Source: Betaproteobacteria bacterium (GTDB taxonomy: Bacteria > Pseudomonadota > Gammaproteobacteria > Burkholderiales > SG8-39). Taken from it: a DNA stretch of 41,106 nucleotides. The notes beneath the pieces are model-generated. The model did not search any database and was not told the origin of the DNA. It worked only from the letters and a program-made list of their open reading frames with translations. Each line of letters opens with the position of its first letter. Positions within the stretch are counted from its first letter, which is position 1. Location: assembly GCA_005888925.1 (NCBI GenBank), contig VBCP01000068.1:1-41106 (forward strand), in the 5' to 3' direction. This document shows positions 17,901 through 24,037 of the stretch, in pieces. Position numbers and translations under genes: made by a program.

Positions 17901-18893
17901 GTTCGCCGCCTCGTCGAGCTGGAAATAGCGCCCGCAATCCCAGTTCTCGGCCTGACAGATCGCCTGCATCACCGCGCGCAAGGCGTCGGGGATGCTCTTC
18001 GCGTCCGCGAGATCGCGCGCCACGGCGTGCTCGAGCGCGACCAGGCGCTCCTCGCGCCGCCGCTCCGTGAGTTCGCGTCCGACGCCGCGGTAGCCGAGGA
18101 ATTCGCCGCTCGCTCCGTAGACCGGCTCGCCGCTGACCGACAGGAAGCGCACCTCACCGTCGGGGTCGATGCGGCCCATCTCGAAATCGCGGAACGGCTT
18201 TCGAGCCTCGAGTGCGGCGCGGTGCGCCGCCCAGCCGGCGGCGTCCGGATGGATTGACGGCCGGTCCCAACGTGCTTTGCCGAGCACCGGCTCGCTTGCC
18301 GGGCGGTGCTTCTCGGCGTGCGTCGTGCGCGTGATGCGGTGCTCGGCGTCGGTCTCCCAATAGAAGTCCGACGACAGCTCGACCAGGCTGCGGAAGCGCT
18401 CCTCGCTGTCGCGCATCACGGCTTCCGCCTGCTTGCGCTGCACGAACTGGCCGAGCTGGCGTGCGATCACGCCCATCGCCCGCAGCAGGCGCTCGTCGGG
18501 TTCGCGGGCGTTGCGCGAGGTCAGCGCGATTACGCCGATCGTGCGCGCGTCGGATATGACCGGGCAGAGAAAAGAGCCGCGCGACCAGCCTTTCGGCGCG
18601 AGCAACGCGCGCGCGTCGTTCTGCGTGTCGGGCACCCAGAGCGGCTCGCCGCTTGCCCAAGTGGTGCCGACCAGGCCCGCGCCCGGCGTCAGCGCGAGGT
18701 GCTGCGAATCGGCGACGAAGCGCTCCACTTCCGGGGTACCCCCCGACCACGACTCCTGCATGCGCATCACGCCGCCGCCCGTGTCGAGGCCGAAGTAACG
18801 CCCGCAGTCCCAGCCTTCGGCCTGGCAGATCGCCCGCAGTACTCCCTGCAGCGCCGAAGACACGCTGTCGGCTTCGGCGAGAACGCGCGTCAC
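14922..18893 (-). CDS. multidomain c-di-GMP signalling protein: GAF-PAS-GAF-PAS-PAS-(degenerate GAF)-GGDEF(SGDEF)-EAL
   Basis: 1323-aa ORF starting at GTG 18893. Two ICQAE(G/N)WDCGRYF-type GAF domains. PAS modules include SEERFRSLVELSSDFYWETD... and IIEDITERKEKE. The DGC domain has an RDGD I-site and RISGDEF (16026-16040). The EAL domain carries AEALLRW, ELEITE, DDFGTGYSSL and QGFLFARP. Confidence 0.85.
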   Translation of the reverse strand: MTRVLAEADSVSSALQGVLRAICQAEGWDCGRYFGLDTGGGVMRMQESWSGGTPEVERFVADSQHLALTPGAGLVGTTWASGEPLWVPDTQNDARALLAPKGWSRGSFLCPVISDARTIGVIALTSRNAREPDERLLRAMGVIARQLGQFVQRKQAEAVMRDSEERFRSLVELSSDFYWETDAEHRITRTTHAEKHRPASEPVLGKARWDRPSIHPDAAGWAAHRAALEARKPFRDFEMGRIDPDGEVRFLSVSGEPVYGASGEFLGYRGVGRELTERRREERLVALEHAVARDLADAKSIPDALRAVMQAICQAENWDCGRYFQLDEAANVMRCEEIWSSGVGPLAKFAESSRGAGIPPGQGLIGHVWASGAPVWSSDVSRDARSAPVARVREAGVHGALVFPVTFEGRVVGVLSISSSIVRQPDERLMRTMLLVGAQIGQFLSRKHAEAALAESEARFRQTFELAASGIAHVDLAGHFTDVNRKLCEMLGYAEAELIGRSVKDISHPDDRDKTDDERARMRSGDLASVQFEKRYLRKDGTVVWVNLTVALARNTHGEPQHEIAIIEDITERKEKEAALQRFRTALDSSADMVFLFDLNAGGLLDFNETACKQLGYTRPQLLKLRARDIRPDASTGTLRTETAELLGVAGRTNTVITEYRRKDGSTFPVESRRSLLDTPQGRVLVVNSRDLSERMSAEKRRAAQARYQKKISRLGQAALSKRNPAELVAKAVQSVLEGLGGGAVAYLERGSGEREVVLRRVAGLASTSTDSAVARIDADSPLAPLLEASEPVVLNGPWKEGLPLPFEWLRRYGALAAVPVPADGGPRGVVCAVAEAPGSFGPEETRFLTAAASMVSAALHRLDSEARLAYLAQFDPLTGLPNRTLLSDRFSLMIVQARRRGVSLGVLFIDLDDFKLVNDTQGHAAGDELLQEAAKRLQSALRDGDTVARISGDEFAVILGDLARPDDAALVAQKIIDRLAAPAIIQGQEVVVTASIGIATFPADGDNAETLLGAADAAMYRAKQSGRNAFQFFTADINQRTRARAQMGLELRRALERREFSLHYQPKIDLTNGLPCGAEALLRWNHPERGRVAPVEFIPVLEETGLIVPVGEWVLKRACEDLKSWQRLGAPAMPVAVNLSARQFRQHDLEERIRAIVSAAGIDPSLIELEITESQLMHDPDHAIQVLRALGAAGVRIAIDDFGTGYSSLAYLTRFPLASLKIDRSFVADVLDDEADATIVRTIVDMAHTLGFTVIAEGVELDSQAAFLRTLGCEQAQGFLFARPMPAEEFSALIAARLGAAAGTTRRRLGARPRSRKSGSGT

Positions 18894-18914
18894 GGCGTGC
18901 TCCAGCCGCAGCCG

Positions 18915-18917
18915 CTA
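18915..18917 (-). other. single in-frame TAG separating the REC-PAS-PAS ORF from the GAF...GGDEF-EAL ORF
   Basis: Both ORFs are in the same frame (20093-18893=1200). The minus strand reads ...GAG CAG AAG CGC GCG GAG TAG CGG CTG CGG CTG GAG CAC GCC GTG ACG... Confidence 0.9.
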
Positions 18918-20093
18918 CTCCGCGCGCTTCTGCTCGGTGATGTCGCGCCCGATGCCGCGGTAGCCCTTGAACTGGCCGTCCGCATCCAACACCGGCTCGC
19001 CGCTGATCGAGAGCCAGCACGTGCTGCCGCCGGGCGCCGGACGCTGCATCTCGAAATCGCGGAACGGCTCGTGGCGCTCGAGCTGCGCGCGGTGCTGCGC
19101 CCAGTCGCCGTCGCTGAGGTTCAGCGCCGGCTGGTCCCAGCGCCGGCGGCCGAGATAGGCGGAAGCATCGAGCCCGGTCCTTTCGCCGAGCGGGCTCGAC
19201 ATGAACGCCAGGCGAAACTCGGCATCCTGCTCCCAGTACCAGTCCGACGAGAGCTGCGTGAGCTTGCGGAAGCGCTCCTCGCTCGCCTGCAGGGCCTGCT
19301 CGGCAAGCCGCTGCGCGCTGATGTCGCGAGTGATGCCGAGCACGAGATTCTCGCCGTTCGCATCGTCGCGCAGCTGCACGACGCGCGTTTCCATCCACCG
19401 GCGCGTGCCGCGCAGGCCGACGATTTCGAACTGCAGGCTGCCCCGCTCGCCCGCTGCCGCGCGGCGCGTGAGGCCGCGGAAGGCCTCGCGGTGTTCCGCG
19501 ACAACCAGGTCGAGCACGCAGCGTCCGCGCACCACCTCGAGGTCGTCCGCCTCGATCATGCGCAGTCCCGCCGGGTTCATGTCGATGAGATTGGCTTCGG
19601 CGTCGAGCAGCTTCACGCACTCGGGCTCGGCATTCACGATGGCGCGCAGCCTTGCTTCGCTCGAGCGCAGCGAATGCAGCGTGCGCGCCTGCAGGGCGGC
19701 AAGGCGCACCGGGCGCTCGAGCGAGCCGTCGGCGAGCTGCCCTTTGAGGAGGTAGTCGTAAGCGCCGCTCTGAACCGCGCGGGCACGCAACTCCGCGCTC
19801 TCGTCGACCGTCAGCGCGATCACCGGGTGGTCGCAGACGCGCACCAGTGCGGCGATGGTCTCGGCCGCCGCCGAGTCGGGCAGATGCAAATCGGCGATGA
19901 CGAGGTCGTAGCGCTCGCGCGAGAGCCGCTCGAGCGCTTCGGCGAGCGTCGTCGCGATCTGCGTGCGGCACTGGACCGACCTGATCGCGGCGAGGTGCCC
20001 CTCGACCATCATGGCCGAGACGCGTTCGTCCTCGACCAGCAGGACGCGAACGCTGCCCAGGACCTCCCCTTGCGCTGCCGCACTCCCTCCCAT
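18915..20093 (-). CDS. response-regulator receiver (REC) plus two PAS domains
   Basis: 392 aa. REC: VRVLLVEDE...YDLVIADLHLPDS...LTVDES...YDYLLKG. PAS 1: SEARLRAIVNAEPECVKLLD. PAS 2: SEERFRKLTQLSSDWYWEQD...GIGRDITEQKRAE. It has no output domain of its own. Confidence 0.8.
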   Translation of the reverse strand: MGGSAAAQGEVLGSVRVLLVEDERVSAMMVEGHLAAIRSVQCRTQIATTLAEALERLSRERYDLVIADLHLPDSAAAETIAALVRVCDHPVIALTVDESAELRARAVQSGAYDYLLKGQLADGSLERPVRLAALQARTLHSLRSSEARLRAIVNAEPECVKLLDAEANLIDMNPAGLRMIEADDLEVVRGRCVLDLVVAEHREAFRGLTRRAAAGERGSLQFEIVGLRGTRRWMETRVVQLRDDANGENLVLGITRDISAQRLAEQALQASEERFRKLTQLSSDWYWEQDAEFRLAFMSSPLGERTGLDASAYLGRRRWDQPALNLSDGDWAQHRAQLERHEPFRDFEMQRPAPGGSTCWLSISGEPVLDADGQFKGYRGIGRDITEQKRAE

Positions 20094-20229
20094 GTTTAGG
20101 AGGATACCGTGGCTGGCAGCGTCCCGGAATGACTCGGGTTCCTGCGGCTCACAGAATCTTGCGTATCGCGCGGCAATGTAAGGAATACACGCCGGCGCCG
20201 TGTGCGTTAATGCCTGCGCCGCCCTCGGC

Positions 20230-21135
20230 TCAGGGAATCAGGCCCGGCTCGAGCCGATAGCAGAATTCGGCGATCTCTCGAGGGCGCGTCCACCACACCC
20301 GAGCGGCCCCCGCGTGGCCGAGACAATGCCGCAAGGCGGCGCGCAAGCGCCGCAGGCGGAAGGGCTGACCGAAGATGTAGCTGTGGATCGAGACGTTCAT
20401 CACGAGCGGATGGCGCTCGCACTGCTCGAGCATCTCGTCGAACTGCTCGACCAGCATGTCGCAGAAGTCCGCCGCGTCCTGCTTGCGGTGCACGATCGCC
20501 TGCGAATCGTTGAGCTCGATCGGATAGGGCATCGCGAGGAGCGGCCCGGCGCGCGTGCGCAGCCATACCGGCTGGTCGTCCATCGGCCAGTCCATCAGGT
20601 ACTTGTAGCCGAGCTCCTTCAGGAGGTCGGGCGTGTGCGCTGTCTCGTAGGCGCCCGAGCCCATCCAGCCGGCGGGCGGCGCGCCTTCGTGGCGCGCGAT
20701 CGTCTCGGTCACTTCGCGCAGGATGCGCTCCTCGTCGGGCTGCCACAGGCCGCGCAGGTTTTCGGCATTGGTGCGGCCATGCGCCACCACCTCATCGCCG
20801 CGCTTGCGGATCGCCGCCATGACCTGCGGCGCGTACTCGTAGACCAGGCTGTTGGTGTTGTGTGCCGCCGGCAGCGCAAGCTCGTCGAAGAGCTCGAGCA
20901 GTCGCCACACGCCGATGCGGTTGCCGTAGTCGCGCCAAGAATAGTTGCGATGGGTCTGCGGCTCGCCGGTCTTGGCCGGATCGTGTCCGAGGCCGGCGCC
21001 GAAAGCGAACCACTCGACATTGGTGGTGATGACGAACGCGAGTCGCTTGCCGTCCGGCCAGCTGTAGTCGCGCCGCTCCGGCAGCGGCACGTAGTCGTAC
21101 CGGCTGTGCTGGGGCAGCAGCGCGCGTTTCTCCAT
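20230..21135 (-). CDS. polysaccharide-deacetylase-family protein (PuuE-allantoinase-like)
   Basis: 301 aa: YDYVPLPERRDYSWPDGKRLAFVITTNVEWF...NYSWRDYGNRIGVWRLLELF...HGRTNAE...YLMDWPMDDQP. This resembles metal-independent PuuE-type deacetylase-fold amidohydrolases. Confidence 0.75.
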   Translation of the reverse strand: MEKRALLPQHSRYDYVPLPERRDYSWPDGKRLAFVITTNVEWFAFGAGLGHDPAKTGEPQTHRNYSWRDYGNRIGVWRLLELFDELALPAAHNTNSLVYEYAPQVMAAIRKRGDEVVAHGRTNAENLRGLWQPDEERILREVTETIARHEGAPPAGWMGSGAYETAHTPDLLKELGYKYLMDWPMDDQPVWLRTRAGPLLAMPYPIELNDSQAIVHRKQDAADFCDMLVEQFDEMLEQCERHPLVMNVSIHSYIFGQPFRLRRLRAALRHCLGHAGAARVWWTRPREIAEFCYRLEPGLIP

Positions 21136-21137
21136 AC

Positions 21138-22343
21138 CTAGAGATTCATCTCCAGCGCGTAGAGGCCGCCGGCATGGCGGTCGACGGCGAACACGATGCC
21201 GCGGTCATCGACGAACACGTCGTTGATCTGCACCGCGCCGACGTGGGACCCCTCGGGCGCCGGCGGCACGAAGTAGGCGATCTCGCGCGGCTCGAAAGGA
21301 TCGCGCACGTCGTAGGCCCGGACGCCCGCGTTGAAGAAGGTGCCGAGCACGATGTCCTCGGAGCGCCACGCGCCCATGGCCGGCGGATTCTCGTGCACGT
21401 TGTGCGCGCCGCAGCGCCCGCCCTGGTGCAGCAATGGCTTGACGCCCGCCACCGGCAGCGTGCCGATGCTGACGAGATTGCGCTCGTCGCGCGCATCCAG
21501 CAGCCAGACGAGCTTCGGCCAGTCGGCGCCGTCGTTCTGGATCGACTCGTCGGTGACCACCAGCAGCTCGCGGCTGAAGAGCGGCAGCACGGTATGCGTG
21601 AAGCCGTTGTACGGCGGCGAATTCGCCCAGCGCGAGACGAGCTGCGGCCGGCTGCGGTCGGCAATGTCGAGCACCATCATGCCGCCGTCGAGATAGCCGA
21701 GATAGCAGCGATCGGGCCGCTCGGGATAGACGTTGGTGTTGTGCGCGCGGAATCCAGCGTCGTGTTTGGCCGCGAGGCGCCGCGGCGGCGGCGCCTCGTC
21801 GCCTTGCATCGTTCCGGGCAAGTGCCAGCGCCCGAGCGCCACCGGCTTTGCCGGGGTGCTCACATCGACGATGCGGTAGATCTGATCGTCCTTCAGATCG
21901 CGCGGCTTGAGCTCGGGATCGCCGCAGGCCATGTGCACGGTCTTGCCGTCGACGAACCACAGCGCGTGGCAGCCGCGCGAATGCGGCCCGGACGCATCGA
22001 ACATCGCGATCGAGCGCGGACGCTCCGGCTCGGAGATGTCGAACAACTCGAAGCCGGCGGGCTTGAGCCCCCACTCGCTCACCTGATAGGCCACCGCCAT
22101 GAGCTCGCCCGAGACCTCGAGGGAGTTCGAGCGCATCTTTGCGTGCGGCAGGTCGGTCTGCACGATGACCCGGGGCTTGCGCGGATCGGTGACGTCGACG
22201 GCGGTGAAGTTCTTCGGCGCGCTTTCGTGCGCGAGCCACAGTACGCGGCGGCCGCCGCGCGCGAGCTGCAGCGACATGCCTTCGCCCATGCCGCCGTAGC
22301 CGTTGAGCCGGTGCTGCGAGATGAGCTTCATGTTCGATTGCAT
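21138..22343 (-). CDS. LVIVD-repeat beta-propeller protein (unknown function), no signal peptide
   Basis: 401 aa with repeated short beta-strand motifs ending in D/A followed by turns (FTAVDVTDP, FELFDISEP, YRIVDVSTP, MMVLDIADR, VRAYDVRDP, LYALEM), characteristic of LVIVD repeats. 2-nt gap to the downstream deacetylase gene. Confidence 0.65.
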   Translation of the reverse strand: MQSNMKLISQHRLNGYGGMGEGMSLQLARGGRRVLWLAHESAPKNFTAVDVTDPRKPRVIVQTDLPHAKMRSNSLEVSGELMAVAYQVSEWGLKPAGFELFDISEPERPRSIAMFDASGPHSRGCHALWFVDGKTVHMACGDPELKPRDLKDDQIYRIVDVSTPAKPVALGRWHLPGTMQGDEAPPPRRLAAKHDAGFRAHNTNVYPERPDRCYLGYLDGGMMVLDIADRSRPQLVSRWANSPPYNGFTHTVLPLFSRELLVVTDESIQNDGADWPKLVWLLDARDERNLVSIGTLPVAGVKPLLHQGGRCGAHNVHENPPAMGAWRSEDIVLGTFFNAGVRAYDVRDPFEPREIAYFVPPAPEGSHVGAVQINDVFVDDRGIVFAVDRHAGGLYALEMNL

Positions 22344-22364
22344 GGAGCGCTACCATAGCAGACG

Positions 22365-22457
22365 ATGAAACGAATTCTCGCCGCCGCGCTCGTGACGTTC
22401 GCAACCGCCGCGCCCGCGCAAAGCTGGCCCGCCCGCCCCGGCGCCAAGGCCGCATAG
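22365..22457 (+). pseudogene. 30-codon stub of a TctC/Bug gene (signal peptide plus first mature residues only)
   Basis: My translation: MKRILAAALVTFATAAPAQSWPARPGAKAA*. It matches Bug N-termini up to the AQ(S/T)(W/Y)P(A/S)(R/K)P box, then terminates. TAG at 22455-22457 lies 1 nt before the next gene's GTG. Confidence 0.45.
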
Positions 22458-22458
22458 C

Positions 22459-23232
22459 GTGGAAACCGTTCTCGTCGGCCCTGCCCCGCGCATCGCGGTC
22501 TCGTTCGCGGGCAGCGGGCCGCTGGTGCTGTTCCTGCACGGCATTCGCGGCAACCGGCGCAACTGGTTCGGGCAGATCGAGGCCTTCTCGGCGGCGAACT
22601 TCACCGCCGCCGCCTGGGACGCGCGCGGCTACGGCGAATCCGACGACTACGCCGGAGGGCTGCAGTTCGATCATCTCCCCGGCGATGTCCTCAGGGTGGT
22701 CGAGCATTTCGGCGCCCGGAAGATCCATCTCGTGGGCCTGTCGATGGGCGGGCGCATCGCACGCAACGTCGCGCTGCGCTTTCCCGAGCGCCTGCACTCG
22801 CTCACCCTCGTCGCCACGACCCCGGGCTTCGACGCGCTTTCGGCCGACGCGGTGCGCCGCTTCGTCACCGAGCATCGCACGCGCACCGCGGAGACCGTGC
22901 GGCGCCTGATCGGCAGCCGCGCGCGCCCGGAGACGTTCGAAGAGCTGGCCGACAGCCTGGCGCGGGTGCGCGAGGAGTCCTACCGCAAGACGCTCGTGGC
23001 GTCGGTCGCGCAGGATCGCGACGCGCCGATCGAGAAGATCCGCGTCCCGACGCTGGTCGTTGCCGGCGACGAGGACAAGGTCTACCCGCTGCAGCTCGCG
23101 CGCGAACTGGCGCAGCGCATCCCCGGCGCGGAGCTGGTCATCATGAAAGGCGCCGGCCATCTGCCGAACATCGAGCGGCCCGAGCGCTTCAACGAGATCC
23201 TGCTCGACTTTCTCAAACGGAGATCCTCATGA
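22459..23232 (+). CDS. alpha/beta hydrolase
   Basis: 257 aa from a GTG start: [17 protein letters not shown]...[10 protein letters not shown] (GxSxG)...[15 protein letters not shown]. Confidence 0.85.
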   Translation: METVLVGPAPRIAVSFAGSGPLVLFLHGIRGNRRNWFGQIEAFSAANFTAAAWDARGYGESDDYAGGLQFDHLPGDVLRVVEHFGARKIHLVGLSMGGRIARNVALRFPERLHSLTLVATTPGFDALSADAVRRFVTEHRTRTAETVRRLIGSRARPETFEELADSLARVREESYRKTLVASVAQDRDAPIEKIRVPTLVVAGDEDKVYPLQLARELAQRIPGAELVIMKGAGHLPNIERPERFNEILLDFLKRRSS

Positions 23233-23984
23233 GCTCGCAGAAAAGAGTCGCAGTCGTCACCGGCGCCGGCACCGGCATCGGCAAATCCGCCGCGCTCGCC
23301 CTTCTCAAGGACGGCTACCACGTAGCGCTCGTCGGGCGGCGCAAGGAGCTGCTGGAGAAGACAGCCGTCGATTCGGGCGCGAAAGAGCGCGCCATGGTGC
23401 TGCCTGCCGATATCACCCGGCCCGAGAATGTCCACTCGGTGTTTGCGAAGGTCAAGGACCAGTGGGGCCGGCTCGACGTCCTCTTCAACAACGCCGGCAT
23501 GGGCGCGCCGGCGGTGCCGATGGAAGAGCTGCCGCTCGAGACCTGGCGCGCCGTGGTGGAGATCAACCTCAACGCGATGTTCATGTGCACGCAGGAGGCG
23601 ATCCGCATCATGAAGGCGCAGGATCCCAAGGGCGGGCGCATCATCAACAACGGCTCGATTTCGGCGCACGCGCCGCGGCCGCTGTCGGTCGCCTACACCG
23701 CGACCAAGCACGCGGTCACCGGGCTCACCAAGTGCATCTCGCTCGACTGCCGCAAGCACGACATCGCCTGCGGCCAGATCGACATCGGCAACGCCGCGAC
23801 CGAGATGACCGAGCGCATGACCAAGGGCGTGCCGCAGCCGAACGGCAGCACCATGGTCGAGCCGCGCATGGACGTGAAGCACGTCGGCAGCGCGGTGCTC
23901 TATATGGCCAGCCTGCCGCTCGATGCCAACGTGCAGTTCATGACCATCATGGCCAGCAAGATGCCGTTCGTCGGGCGCGGCTGA
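23229..23984 (+). CDS. SDR-family oxidoreductase
   Basis: 251 aa with [16 protein letters not shown] (TGxxxGxG), NNAG and YTATKHAV (YxxxK). ATGA overlap with the hydrolase stop. Confidence 0.9.
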   Translation: MSSQKRVAVVTGAGTGIGKSAALALLKDGYHVALVGRRKELLEKTAVDSGAKERAMVLPADITRPENVHSVFAKVKDQWGRLDVLFNNAGMGAPAVPMEELPLETWRAVVEINLNAMFMCTQEAIRIMKAQDPKGGRIINNGSISAHAPRPLSVAYTATKHAVTGLTKCISLDCRKHDIACGQIDIGNAATEMTERMTKGVPQPNGSTMVEPRMDVKHVGSAVLYMASLPLDANVQFMTIMASKMPFVGRG

Positions 23985-23990
23985 GGAGCG

Positions 23991-24021
23991 CCCCGCCGGC
24001 GGGCATACAATGCCCGCGGGG
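23991..24021 (+). terminator. GC-rich imperfect hairpin after the SDR gene (no T-tract)
   Basis: CCCCGCCGGCGGGCA-tacaa-TGCCCGCGGGG. There is a 7-bp perfect stem (GCGGGCA/TGCCCGC) plus an imperfect extension. A Shine-Dalgarno sequence follows immediately, so the function is doubtful. Confidence 0.2.
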
Positions 24022-24037
24022 AAGGGAGGATAGTCGC

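Noticed and set aside
15147-18257. 1036-aa plus-strand ORF, with further long ORFs at 16153..17262, 17344..17937, 18154..19971 and 18306..20099
   Set aside because: All lie antisense to or out of frame with the GGDEF-EAL / REC-PAS genes. Their translations are R/A/G/H/P-rich low-complexity strings with no domain motifs. This is the expected stop-codon-poor alternate-frame artefact of high-GC coding DNA.
18915-18917. TAG decoded as pyrrolysine
   Set aside because: No pyl genes are visible and the context looks proteobacterial. TAG is used as an ordinary stop by several other genes in this window (e.g. 7847-7849, 2026-2028, 29024-29026).
20098-20132. Plus-strand AGGAGGA followed by a GTG-initiated 7-codon mini-ORF (VAGSVPE*), abutting the REC gene start on the opposite strand
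   Set aside because: It is too short and lacks conservation evidence. It may be a chance SD-like purine run in the REC promoter/leader region. It would be worth revisiting only if Ribo-seq shows occupancy.
21205-23160. 651-aa minus-strand ORF spanning the LVIVD gene and the alpha/beta hydrolase gene
   Set aside because: It crosses two real genes on opposite strands, is R/A-rich, and has no motifs.
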